Shown here piece after piece: positions 17,455 to 27,466 of a DNA stretch of 60,573 nt (within the stretch, counting starts at the first letter, position 1; each line of letters starts with the position of its first letter). A model generated the notes under the pieces. It did not search any database. It saw nothing but the letters and a program-made list of their open reading frames with translations, and had not been told where the DNA came from. Origin of the DNA: Candidatus Pacearchaeota archaeon (lineage in GTDB: Archaea; Nanobdellota; Nanobdellia; Pacearchaeales; UBA284). The translations under genes were made by a program, and so were the position numbers. The stretch spans positions 1 through 60,573 of the forward strand of contig JBNAVB010000002.1 in NCBI GenBank assembly GCA_049699715.1, given 5' to 3'.

Positions 17455-18110
17455 AAGCATTAATTTTTGATTCATCGAGCATCATTACTCTAACGCTTAA
17501 TGACTTGCTTTTTATTCTAAAGCCTCTCAAAAAGTTGTTTGGAGGAGAATTCTATATCACAGAATCAGTGAAATACGAACTTATCGATCGCTCCCTTGAA
17601 ATAAAGAGGTTCAAGCTCGAAGCACTAATGATAAAAAAATTGATAGATGAGGGTGTGATTAAGATAAAAGAAGATGGAATTGTTGAAAAAGAAATAAAAA
17701 CCTTGCTCAATGTGGCGAATAACACATTTGAAGTAGATGGGGAAAACTTGAGGATAATCCATGAAGGCGAAGCCTCCTGTCTTTCGCTTTACAATTTCTT
17801 ACCTACTGAAAAGAAGGCAATTGTTATCGATGAAAGAACCACAAGAATGCTGTGCGAGTCCCCAGAAAATCTTCACAAACTGCTTGAAAGCAAGAACCAT
17901 AGGAAAGTTAAAGCGAATATCATCAATTATAGTTTTTTCAAGAAATTTAAGGTGATTCGCTCTTCTGAACTAGCTTATCTTGCTTACAAAGCAGGCATCA
18001 TTTCATTGCCGGGGAAATCTACAGAGGCGATAGAGGCCATTCTCTACGCGCTGAAATATAAAGGTTGCGCGATATCTCATAATGAAATTCGCGAGGCGAA
18101 GAATTTCTAG
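17451..18110 (+). CDS. PIN-domain-like protein
   Basis: 219 aa with acidic residues placed as in PIN nucleases (LIFDSSS..., HEGEASCL, VIDERTTRM). Confidence 0.5.
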   Translation: MKALIFDSSSIITLTLNDLLFILKPLKKLFGGEFYITESVKYELIDRSLEIKRFKLEALMIKKLIDEGVIKIKEDGIVEKEIKTLLNVANNTFEVDGENLRIIHEGEASCLSLYNFLPTEKKAIVIDERTTRMLCESPENLHKLLESKNHRKVKANIINYSFFKKFKVIRSSELAYLAYKAGIISLPGKSTEAIEAILYALKYKGCAISHNEIREAKNF

Positions 18111-18123
18111 ATTCAAGCTCAAA

Positions 18124-19164
18124 ATGCCTAAAAATAAGCTTTTGGAAGAAAAAGAAGAGTTGAAAGAAGCGCTTTACTACAGAAAGCTCAAGAATGAGCT
18201 TGTTAGATGTAATCTTTGTCCAAGATTCTGTGTTATAAAAAACGGCTCGAGGGGAAATTGTGGTGTTCGTGAGAACCTTAATGGTAAACTGTATTCTATG
18301 GTTTACGGAAAGCCTTGTAACATTGCTCTGGATCCAATCGAGAAAAAACCCTTCTACAATTTCTTACCAAGCTCAAAATCTTTGAGTATAGCAACAGTTG
18401 GCTGTAATTTGCATTGCGCCCATTGCCAAAACTGGGAAATATCACAGGCAAAAATAGAAGATGTTCCTTACATTGCAGCTTCTCCATTACAGATAGTTCA
18501 ACAAGCAAAACTAAAACAAGCACAAAGCATCTCCTACACCTATACCGAGCCTACAATTTTCTATGAATATATGCTTGACATAGCAAAAATAGCAAAAAAA
18601 GAGAAATTGAGAAACAATATTGTGAGTAACGGCTTTATCAATCCTCTTCCTTTGAAAAAGCTCTGCGCTTTTATTGATGCTGCAAACATCGATTTGAAAG
18701 GCAATTCTTTATTTTATGAAAAGATATGTCAAGGCAAGATTGAACCCGTTCTAGAAACAATAAAACTATTGCACCAGAAGAAAGTTTGGGTTGAAATCAC
18801 AAATCTGATAGTCCCGGGCTACAACGACAACGTTGAAGATATAAAGAAAATGGTCTCATGGATTCAAGAAAATCTCGGCAATGATGTTCCTTTGCATTTC
18901 TCAGCTTTTTATCCTTGTTATAAGCTCATGAATGTCAAGCCTACCCCCCCCGAGTTTCTCGTGAAAGCCCGCATGATCGCCAAGAGCATGGGCTTAAATT
19001 ATGTCTACACAGGCAACATTGCTGATGTTGAAGGAAGCACAACATTCTGCCCTAAGTGCGGTGCGAAATTAATCACAAGACAAGGCTTCTTTGTTGCTGA
19101 AAACAAGATTATTGGTGGTAAATGTCCTTTCTGCAAAGAGAAAATAGCCGGAGTTTGGGAATAA
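18124..19164 (+). CDS. AmmeMemoRadiSam-type radical SAM enzyme
   Basis: CNLCPRFCVIKNGSRGNCGVREN followed by the radical-SAM CNLHCAHCQNW cluster, plus a C-terminal CPKC...CPFC. Start set at ATG 18124 to avoid overlap with the upstream gene. Confidence 0.8.
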   Translation: MPKNKLLEEKEELKEALYYRKLKNELVRCNLCPRFCVIKNGSRGNCGVRENLNGKLYSMVYGKPCNIALDPIEKKPFYNFLPSSKSLSIATVGCNLHCAHCQNWEISQAKIEDVPYIAASPLQIVQQAKLKQAQSISYTYTEPTIFYEYMLDIAKIAKKEKLRNNIVSNGFINPLPLKKLCAFIDAANIDLKGNSLFYEKICQGKIEPVLETIKLLHQKKVWVEITNLIVPGYNDNVEDIKKMVSWIQENLGNDVPLHFSAFYPCYKLMNVKPTPPEFLVKARMIAKSMGLNYVYTGNIADVEGSTTFCPKCGAKLITRQGFFVAENKIIGGKCPFCKEKIAGVWE

Positions 19165-19182
19165 ATTTGGAGATAATTTTGC

Positions 19183-20907
19183 TTATCTTCTGCTCATCAA
19201 ATGCGCGAAGATCGCGGCAGCAGCAATAACTACAACCACAATCAAGATTATCCACCAGTTTCCAGAAGCCCATCCGATGAAAGTGTGCCATATAATCAAT
19301 CCAGTGAAAGGTGGTTTCTCAGTGGAAGCCAAAGCAACGCTTGAGAAGTGTGACACTTTGGCTGTCACTACCCTGGCATCTTTGTCATCAACACTGGCCA
19401 GAGTCAACCATCTGCCTTCGCTAGGGCTATAAGTTATTATAAACGCATTTGCACTTTCTGATACTTCATACTCATTGTATCTAATCTTAATCTCAGCATC
19501 TTTGTCAAAGGTTATGTCGCTAGGCAATAGAAGGTAAGCTCTCACAAGATAAAAGTTCTGAGCAGGATATGGAATTGCGTCTGCTCTTAAGCTTATTACC
19601 TCTCCTGGTTCCATACATCTTCCATCAATTTTTATTTGAGTTCCTTTGTAAACTTTTAATGAAGCTAATCCATCATCGCTTGTCTCTATCAAGTCCTCGC
19701 TCAATGGCGTGCAAGATCCTTGTGGCTGCTGACTTTGGTTTGTTTGATTAGTCTGATTTGTTTGATTCTGTTGTTGGCAATCCTGTGGGCAGTATATATT
19801 TTCTTGATATTCACAGAGGCCATTGCCGCAAATCGGTCCAGGGCTTCCACCTCCCCCACCGCCACCTCCGCCGCCAGTTCCGGTGATTGTTATATTTACT
19901 GGGGAGGTGAAATTGTTATTCCAGTTTCCACATTCTTCATTAGAATCCACAACAATTCTTGGGGTGAAAGTTCCTCTGCCCGAAGCTTCCCATGTATCTG
20001 AACCACTCTTTGTCTCGCCCACAGCCACAGAACCTAAATTAATAGTCACTAAAAGCTGGTTTTGTCTATATACCCTTACAACAACTCCCGTGGCGTTTAT
20101 TGAAGTGTTCCTAGCAACATTTGTAACATTTACTCTGAATGTGACTGTTTCTCCTTCCCTGACACTATTGTCGGAAACGCTGAATGATTCTAATGCAATA
20201 TCAGAGCCAGAAACATTGAAAGTTTTATTGCCTTCGGCGAAGTAATACTCATTGTATTGTGTCTTGCCTTCCAAGAGGTTTGTGCCACACATTAATGGTA
20301 TTAAAGTATAAGAAGTATAGTTGCTTGTGCCATTAGTTATATTTCCTAAGTTCCTTGAAGGTGGCACCACATTCTGGCCTATAAAATAACTTATAACATT
20401 AGTCGCAGTGTCATTACCAACATTGCTCACATTGACATTGAAATTGACATTGGATTTTGCGATGTATCCCTCGACAGGAGCAGGGGGCATTACAATATCC
20501 ATGGTCAAGAACGGCCTTCCTCCAACTACTATTAATATCGAAGAGTTTTTAGTGCAGTTCTCTCCAGTAATGCTGTTCACAACAAGAATACTAACATTGT
20601 AGCTTCCTGGGGCAGTTGAGTTCATGAGCCATTGTGATGTTGTAAAAGGGGCTGTAGCAGTAGGATTTGCGCTAAGGTTCACTAAGCCACCAACAGGGTT
20701 CCAACTCAAAAGAGCAGTGCCAGTCCATCCTGACATTCCGTTGAAAAAGCTGACATTAAAGGTCTCTCCTAAAATCACAGGATTTGGGTGACTCAAAGTT
20801 CCGTTACACTCTTGCGCTGCTGCTATCGCAGAGCCGAACACAGCCATAATTCCTACTATAATCGCTACTAATCCTGCCAAAATTATTAATTTTATTTTTG
20901 TGTCCAT
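19183..20907 (-). CDS. membrane-anchored surface protein (574 aa) with Ig/CARDB-like domains, Gly11 and (NQT)n linkers
   Basis: Signal-like MDTKIKLIILAGLVAIIVG..., many N-x-S/T sequons, GGGGGGGGGGG, ICGNGLCEYQENIYCPQDC, and a C-terminal TM plus MSRR. Start set at ATG 20907. Confidence 0.75.
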   Translation of the reverse strand: MDTKIKLIILAGLVAIIVGIMAVFGSAIAAAQECNGTLSHPNPVILGETFNVSFFNGMSGWTGTALLSWNPVGGLVNLSANPTATAPFTTSQWLMNSTAPGSYNVSILVVNSITGENCTKNSSILIVVGGRPFLTMDIVMPPAPVEGYIAKSNVNFNVNVSNVGNDTATNVISYFIGQNVVPPSRNLGNITNGTSNYTSYTLIPLMCGTNLLEGKTQYNEYYFAEGNKTFNVSGSDIALESFSVSDNSVREGETVTFRVNVTNVARNTSINATGVVVRVYRQNQLLVTINLGSVAVGETKSGSDTWEASGRGTFTPRIVVDSNEECGNWNNNFTSPVNITITGTGGGGGGGGGGSPGPICGNGLCEYQENIYCPQDCQQQNQTNQTNQTNQSQQPQGSCTPLSEDLIETSDDGLASLKVYKGTQIKIDGRCMEPGEVISLRADAIPYPAQNFYLVRAYLLLPSDITFDKDAEIKIRYNEYEVSESANAFIITYSPSEGRWLTLASVDDKDARVVTAKVSHFSSVALASTEKPPFTGLIIWHTFIGWASGNWWIILIVVVVIAAAAIFAHLMSRR

Positions 20908-20914
20908 TTTAATC

Positions 20915-21286
20915 TTATTTTTTCTTTTGTTGTGGTTTAGGATTGTATCCTGGGACATTCCCAAGCATCCATCTTGCTGCCTCCCCATCATTGATTTTTT
21001 TATTACTATAAGCTTCTGTTATCTTTTCTCTTACATTTACATTTCGATCAAGATACTTGCTCAATATTCTAAAACCTGTCTGATAATCTTCCTTTCTTTC
21101 TTTAATACTTTTTAAGCTGTCTGTTAGTTCCTCCAATTTGCTTTTTGTTTTATTTAATTCTATAGCCATTTTTGTATAATTCCTTTTCGACTCATTTTTT
21201 CCTATAAAATATCCTGTGGTTCCAACAATAGCTAAAACAACGATTCCTATAGCATACTTCAATCCATTTTTATTGTTCATTTTCAT
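20915..21286 (-). CDS. small N-terminally anchored coiled-coil protein (123 aa)
   Basis: One TM (YAIGIVVLAIVGTTGYFIG) followed by helical K/E-rich sequence. Its ATG overlaps the stop of the giant gene (ATGA). Confidence 0.6.
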   Translation of the reverse strand: MKMNNKNGLKYAIGIVVLAIVGTTGYFIGKNESKRNYTKMAIELNKTKSKLEELTDSLKSIKERKEDYQTGFRILSKYLDRNVNVREKITEAYSNKKINDGEAARWMLGNVPGYNPKPQQKKK

Positions 21287-24200
21287 GTAACAATTACAGG
21301 TTTACTTGGGATTATTAATTCATTTATCCCCTCGATTGCGCCGACATTGAAAGTTCCTGTTGCAGTAGCATTTACATGCCATTGGGCAACAACAAAGCCT
21401 CCAGGAGCTAAGTAAATGTAGCTTTGTACAGGGTCTATAGGTGTTAATCCTGCAGGGTTGATTGTCAACAAAACAGGAAAATCATAAAACGCTTGGCTTG
21501 CGAATGAATTTTGTATAGGTAAGTATGTTGTGAAAATAGTGTACAATGGAGGATTCTGATTGTCAATGAAAATCTCTCTAGTGTCATTGCTTACAATGTC
21601 ATTAACACTCCATACAACTAAGTCTAAAGTTTTGAAATCATTGCTTGAGTTAGTGTCCACCGCAACAGCTGCTTTAATTCTCAAAGTGTGTGTTCCCTTA
21701 GGAGTTGAAGTGTAATTGAACGATACAATCTGAGAGTCTCCGGTATTTAGGCTTATATTTTTCGTTTCTATAACAACTGTCACAGGATTTCCATTAACAA
21801 TGTAAGTGTCAGTGAAGTTAATAAGCACATTAGATTCATTAACATTCCCCCTATTCGTTACGATTGCACTTACATTCAATAAGTCATTCAAATAAACTGT
21901 TCTATTATCCCTGCCATTTATCTTGACTTGCCATATATTATCTACACTTACATCATGTATTGCAGGAATCACATTTATGAAATGCGTCGCGCTTCCATTA
22001 GTATAATTCTGGTTCCCATCATAATAAGCAGTTATGTTGTAATACCCTGGAATGTTATAGCTAGTTATTGAAGTCAAAGGCGAGTTTCCATATGCGAATT
22101 GTGTTCCATTTCTTGTCAAATTGAGAAGCCCTGTTGTTGGCGTGAGCAATACAGCCGTATGGTTGACTGCTTGGCCCTCTGTTATTGTGATGTCGCCGTT
22201 TGTTCCATTCAAGTATAATATTAGCGAAGAGTTGGCTTTGTTGATTGTCAAGAAATAAGTAACTGAAGCAGCACTATGATTAGAATCGCCTGTGCTGTAA
22301 GCAGTGAAATTATAAACTCCTGCCGCAAGATTGCTGAAATTCTCAGTATAGCTTGGAGTAGGCCCTGCAATAAGCGAACCATTTCTAAAGATTGAGACAT
22401 TTCCGTAGAGTGTTGAAGCATTGAACTTTAGAGTTTCATTGGCATAAGTTACAGTTAAGTTGCCTTCTGTTCCATTAAGCCACAAATGAATGTCACCTGG
22501 AAGTAAAGGTGAAACAATTAGGATGTTGCTGATGCTTGCCGCAGTCCAGTTTTGCGATCCAGTTGTGTTGCACACATAAGTGTAGTTGCCTACGGGCAAA
22601 GTCGCTACATTACTTACGAGATTGTAGCCAGAAGCGACAAGCGAATCATTCCTGTACAGGTTCAATAAAACTTCATTGTTGTTTGCTGCGCAAGTCACAT
22701 TTGTCTGAGTTCCAACAGTAACATTCCATGATGGCAATGCACTCAAGTTCAAGACTGTAGCGCCTTGATTAACAACTAAGGTTCTTAATGGAGTCGAGCC
22801 AGCGCTATAGTTCTGATTCCCTGTTGTGTTATAAACATAATTGTAAACTCCAGCGCCTAAAGTTCTTATATCGCTCGCAGGATCGCCACTAACAACAAAC
22901 GAGTTATTTCTGTACAGATTATAAATTATACCCGAGACATTTAAGTCGCTCCATCCAGTTGCATTTGTAACAGCAGGATAAGTAACAGTTAAATTGCTCT
23001 CGCTTCCATTCAGCGCGAGATGTAAGAAGTTTGCTATATTTTCTTGTGTTACAACATACTGCATTATCGGAGTTTGATTATAATTATTTGAAGTGTCGCG
23101 AGCGAACCATCTGTAGCTGTGGTTTCCAACGGCTAATCCGGTGAAGCTGTAGCTGCATAAAGTATCATTTACTGGCAGTCCAGGCATACATGTAGGTGTA
23201 TAATTAACGCCGTTGAACTCAAACCAAGCTTGAGCAACAGCGACATTGTCTTGCCATGTTATGTTGAACCAGTAGACTTGCGTTGGTGAATAGACTTGGG
23301 GGCTTGGAGGAGCAACAGTTATGTTCAGATACCAAGGAGGTATGAAATCTCCTACCTGTATAATGTTCACAGTTCTATTTCTCTCATTGTCTGTAGGATT
23401 AATATCGACATAGCCGACAATTGTGGCATTAACTGTTATATTATATTGTCCAGGTGCAAAAGCAGAAGGATTGAAAGTCACATTTCCTAGATGGAATTGC
23501 GAAATTGATTGCAAGTAAGAGCTGATGAGATATCTTCCTGTAGAATTTACAAGCCAAACCGTCATGTTGACTTGTTCAGGATTAATTTCAGGATAACCGT
23601 TGTTGTTTATTCTGTATCTAATGTAATAAGTCTCGTTCTGTGACAAGTTCGCAGGATTATCCATAATATCTGTTCCGTTCATTGTTGTGATTCTTATTCC
23701 ATTGATGCTGTTAGTATAATTAGCGACAACCTCAACGTCATGCAATGCGATAATAAAGAACCATGTTTCGCTCACTCCAGTCAAGCTGCCAGAATCAGTG
23801 CACTCAACTCTCCATGAGTGAGTTCCCTTTGCTATACCATTTATAGTAAAATTAGTTGTGGTGTTGTTTTGTGTTATTTGAGATTGATTAGCCACATTAT
23901 CAAGGAAAATTGTGCATGAGAAGCTTAAGTCATTATCATCAGTTGCAATATAAGTAAAATTAATAGTCTGCTGATTGTGGAACATTGTATTGTTCAAAGG
24001 CGACGTTAAATTCACAACTGGTGGTAAGTTTGGCGAAGTTGTGTTAACGTTAACATATCTTGTCTCGCTGACATTCCAGTTATTGCTCGTATCATTTGCA
24101 TAGACTCTGAAAATATATAAGCCATCGCTCAATCCAGTTACATTCAAGTAGTAGTTTGGCTCGGCTCCTTCCATAGTGAAATTAGTACCATTCCATTCCA

Positions 24201-27200
24201 ATACTGCAGTGTCTACAGCAACATTATCAGTTATGCTAGTATTAACATAAACATAATTCATGTTGATAGTTGAACCGTTTGTAGGAGTTGGTGACACAAA
24301 AATTATGATAGGGGGGTCTATGTCTCCTGTTCCATTAATTACAGTTATATTATATACAGTATCAGATGAACTTCCGCCTTGCTCACAAGTTGTCGTTACA
24401 GTTATGTTTGAATTTCCAATAGCCGCGGCAGTAACATTCCATTGTGTCACAACTGTAGTGCCATTGCTTATGTTTCCTAAAACATTAACTGGCTGTGTTG
24501 TGTTCAAAACAGAGCTGTTTGAAAAAGTTATTGTTGCATTACAATTTACTACATCACCATTGACAGCAGTAACATTTGCTTCAGTGATGAAAATTTCAGA
24601 AACATTAAATATCGAATTATTTAATGGCTGTGTTATAACAGTTGTTGTATTGCCAAAACTAGGAATAGCTTGGACTACAAACCAAGTTGTCTCGGTTGTA
24701 TTCCAATTGTTGCTCGTATCATTGGCAAAAATCCTAACACTGTAATTTCCGACTTGTAAAGTGTCAGTGAAGTTGTACAAATACTGCTCAGTAATCATGC
24801 CAGGCGCCATTGTATAATTGGCCTGAGTCAAATCAGGATATGTCACTTGCGCTAGCACAGTATCAACTGCTACATTATCTCTAACATAGGATTCAAGCAT
24901 TGTGGCTTGGGTCTGATTAATGACTTGAGGATTTGCGCTGACGTTCCAAACTTCAGGTGGGATCAAGTCAGGGCCTGTAACATTTACAATGAAAGTCCAG
25001 TTTTGTGGAGCAAAGGCGCTATTATTTGCATCATCCCTACATCTAACATTCCAAATGTAAGCACCATTTGCTAAATCGCTATAATCCCAATTTCCATTTG
25101 TCCCATTTGCAGTTTGTCTTGAACCATCAATTTGCCAAATTCCGCTTGTGTTACTATATATATCGCAATCAAGCAGCAAGTCTATATTGTCAGTAACGTT
25201 ATAAATTACAGTCACATTTTCTCCAGTTTGTGCACCATTTGGAGGAAAAATTAAGGTTACAACAGGCGAGGTTGTATCACCAACAACATTCACCCAGTGT
25301 GTTTCATTAGATTCAGAATAATTTTGTGTTCCAGGATATCTTGCAGTGAAATTGTGCAATCCTGGTTCTCGGAATGCAGTAACATAAGTTACAGTATGGT
25401 TGTCTATTGCAATCCATAATCCGTCCATATAAAGCTCAATCTCATAGAGCTGCGGCTGCGGGGCAGGTATACTATCAATCCCTATCTCCCCTATCTCATC
25501 ATCGCTTTCTTCTTCATCAATAAGTGAATCATTCACTGGCGGTTGATAGAAGCTAGGGATAATTAAATAGCCGGTGGCATTGACAGTCTCATTTACATTG
25601 ACAGTTATGTTTCCATCGATTCCGTTTAAAGTTAAATTCACAAGCGAAGCCGCTTTGTCGACATGTAAGCTATTGCCAATGCTCGCTGCACTCCAGTTCT
25701 GGTTTCCATTAGTGCTACAATTGTAATAGTAATAGCCCGCACCCAAAACGTTTACATCAGGATTGCTTACATTCAAATCGTTTCTTTTCAAACTTAAAGT
25801 GACTTGATTTGTATTAGCGCTACATGAAATATTTGTTTGTGTTGGATAAGTTACATTCCACCCAGGAATCGCGTCAAGAGTCAGTATTGTCTGTGCAATA
25901 TTAATTACATAGATAGCAGAAGTGCTTGCGTTCGTGTAATTCTGAGTTTCGCTAACATTACAAACATAATTGTAACCAGCAGGATTTGCAGCAAGCGTGA
26001 TAGGCTCACCGTTTTCATTTGTAATATTAATTCCATCTCGCCATAATTGCGCTGGAGCTTCGGGATTAGTACAAGAGCATAAAGCGATGAAAGGTTGCAT
26101 ATTATAAGTGATAGGGCTTGGAGGAATAAAACTCAAATTACAAGTCGAGTTTATTTTGCTTGTCACATTTAACCATCTTGTGATGCTCTGGCTTGTATAA
26201 TTCTGAGACTGGGGATAATAATAGGTGTAATTATATAATCCAGCGCTCAAGTTTGCTATCTCAGTAGCGGGCGATCCAGTCGCAACAACCTCTCCATTCC
26301 TGGAAAGTGTTGCATTAACAGCTCCTTGGATTATCTCGAGCCAGCCTGTTACATTAGTTATTGTATTTATAGGAACACTTAAGTTGCTCTCATTTCCATT
26401 GAGTGCAAGATGTATGGTATGATTTGCTCTATTTACAACATATATTGCAGTTGCGCTCGCATTTTTATAATTCTGTGTTTCGCTAACATTACACTCATAA
26501 TTATAAGTTCCTGCTCCAAGCAAGACAAATTGGTTGTTCTCTGAATCAATGTTCAATCCATCTCTCCATAATCTCGCTGGGGCTTCTGGGTTAGTGCAGT
26601 AACATGAAGCATTTGTCAAAGTTCCATAAGTTACCGGAGATTGCGGATTAAAGCTTAAGTAGCATGTGGAATTTAATAAAACATTAGTTACATTTACTTG
26701 CCATGCTTTAGTGGCTGTTCCGCCCTTGCCGTCATTCACAATAACATAAACATCATGCAACCCGGAAGCATTGAAATCAGGATGGTAATTATAATTTGTA
26801 GTAGTTGAAACTTCATTTCCGTCCAAGTTCCACGAATAATACAATGGATCATTGTTTGGGTCGTGAGCCCACACTTCAAAATGCAATGTCTCATTTTCAT
26901 TTACATTTGGTGTCATGTCTTGAGGAACCCAGTCATCAATTATAGGATCTTGATTCAAACCATCGAATCTTATTGTTATATGCTCTGACTCGACAAGATG
27001 ATTCCCTAAATCCATTGTTGTGGCATAGTAAGTATGTGTTGTATTCTGAGTTTCGGTCTTGACTTTAACGAATGTGCATGTAGTTTGTCCGTAACAATCT
27101 TTATAGCCCCACTCTTGATTGTCTTCATATATTCTTATCCATCTTATCCCTGCATTGTCAAGATAATCTGTAGCAATTGCCGTCAAAACTGCAGTTGTAT

Positions 27201-27447
27201 TTGTATGGGTTGTATCAGAAAAGAATTGTAATGTAGGTGCAGGGTCAATTAAATAGCCATTGCCTGGATTTTTAAGACTTATAATAGGATTAACAGGTTG
27301 TGGTTGATAAGGCAATTGCGGTTGTTCTGGAGTGGGTTTGAATGCAGAATCCCATTTTTGATTATAATATGTCAATAAAGAAAACAAGAGAGGCAAGACT
27401 ATAAAAATTGGAATCAAACTCAAAATCAATCTTGCTTTCTTATTCAT
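21283..27447 (-). CDS. giant repeat-rich surface protein (2054 aa), probably heavily N-glycosylated
   Basis: Uninterrupted 6.2-kb ORF with an N-terminal signal/anchor and two families of roughly 85-90-aa repeats (LNGxExNLTV... and NPEAPAxLWRDG...NVSETQNY). N-x-S/T occurs about every 10-15 residues. Confidence 0.85.
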   Translation of the reverse strand: MNKKARLILSLIPIFIVLPLLFSLLTYYNQKWDSAFKPTPEQPQLPYQPQPVNPIISLKNPGNGYLIDPAPTLQFFSDTTHTNTTAVLTAIATDYLDNAGIRWIRIYEDNQEWGYKDCYGQTTCTFVKVKTETQNTTHTYYATTMDLGNHLVESEHITIRFDGLNQDPIIDDWVPQDMTPNVNENETLHFEVWAHDPNNDPLYYSWNLDGNEVSTTTNYNYHPDFNASGLHDVYVIVNDGKGGTATKAWQVNVTNVLLNSTCYLSFNPQSPVTYGTLTNASCYCTNPEAPARLWRDGLNIDSENNQFVLLGAGTYNYECNVSETQNYKNASATAIYVVNRANHTIHLALNGNESNLSVPINTITNVTGWLEIIQGAVNATLSRNGEVVATGSPATEIANLSAGLYNYTYYYPQSQNYTSQSITRWLNVTSKINSTCNLSFIPPSPITYNMQPFIALCSCTNPEAPAQLWRDGINITNENGEPITLAANPAGYNYVCNVSETQNYTNASTSAIYVINIAQTILTLDAIPGWNVTYPTQTNISCSANTNQVTLSLKRNDLNVSNPDVNVLGAGYYYYNCSTNGNQNWSAASIGNSLHVDKAASLVNLTLNGIDGNITVNVNETVNATGYLIIPSFYQPPVNDSLIDEEESDDEIGEIGIDSIPAPQPQLYEIELYMDGLWIAIDNHTVTYVTAFREPGLHNFTARYPGTQNYSESNETHWVNVVGDTTSPVVTLIFPPNGAQTGENVTVIYNVTDNIDLLLDCDIYSNTSGIWQIDGSRQTANGTNGNWDYSDLANGAYIWNVRCRDDANNSAFAPQNWTFIVNVTGPDLIPPEVWNVSANPQVINQTQATMLESYVRDNVAVDTVLAQVTYPDLTQANYTMAPGMITEQYLYNFTDTLQVGNYSVRIFANDTSNNWNTTETTWFVVQAIPSFGNTTTVITQPLNNSIFNVSEIFITEANVTAVNGDVVNCNATITFSNSSVLNTTQPVNVLGNISNGTTVVTQWNVTAAAIGNSNITVTTTCEQGGSSSDTVYNITVINGTGDIDPPIIIFVSPTPTNGSTINMNYVYVNTSITDNVAVDTAVLEWNGTNFTMEGAEPNYYLNVTGLSDGLYIFRVYANDTSNNWNVSETRYVNVNTTSPNLPPVVNLTSPLNNTMFHNQQTINFTYIATDDNDLSFSCTIFLDNVANQSQITQNNTTTNFTINGIAKGTHSWRVECTDSGSLTGVSETWFFIIALHDVEVVANYTNSINGIRITTMNGTDIMDNPANLSQNETYYIRYRINNNGYPEINPEQVNMTVWLVNSTGRYLISSYLQSISQFHLGNVTFNPSAFAPGQYNITVNATIVGYVDINPTDNERNRTVNIIQVGDFIPPWYLNITVAPPSPQVYSPTQVYWFNITWQDNVAVAQAWFEFNGVNYTPTCMPGLPVNDTLCSYSFTGLAVGNHSYRWFARDTSNNYNQTPIMQYVVTQENIANFLHLALNGSESNLTVTYPAVTNATGWSDLNVSGIIYNLYRNNSFVVSGDPASDIRTLGAGVYNYVYNTTGNQNYSAGSTPLRTLVVNQGATVLNLSALPSWNVTVGTQTNVTCAANNNEVLLNLYRNDSLVASGYNLVSNVATLPVGNYTYVCNTTGSQNWTAASISNILIVSPLLPGDIHLWLNGTEGNLTVTYANETLKFNASTLYGNVSIFRNGSLIAGPTPSYTENFSNLAAGVYNFTAYSTGDSNHSAASVTYFLTINKANSSLILYLNGTNGDITITEGQAVNHTAVLLTPTTGLLNLTRNGTQFAYGNSPLTSITSYNIPGYYNITAYYDGNQNYTNGSATHFINVIPAIHDVSVDNIWQVKINGRDNRTVYLNDLLNVSAIVTNRGNVNESNVLINFTDTYIVNGNPVTVVIETKNISLNTGDSQIVSFNYTSTPKGTHTLRIKAAVAVDTNSSNDFKTLDLVVWSVNDIVSNDTREIFIDNQNPPLYTIFTTYLPIQNSFASQAFYDFPVLLTINPAGLTPIDPVQSYIYLAPGGFVVAQWHVNATATGTFNVGAIEGINELIIPSKPVIVT

Positions 27448-27466
27448 TTTTTTATATTTCCCTTAC

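Noticed and set aside
19569-27231. Numerous 60-160-aa plus-strand ORFs inside the giant and 574-aa genes (for example 19823-20245 and 24260-24745)
   Set aside because: They are antisense to long, repeat-structured, clearly coding minus-strand ORFs. They are by-products of the low stop-codon frequency on the opposite strand.
21283-27447. Diversity-generating retroelement target in the giant repeat protein
   Set aside because: There is no reverse transcriptase ORF. No template/variable repeat pair with adenine-specific mismatches was seen. The internal repeats differ at all base types.
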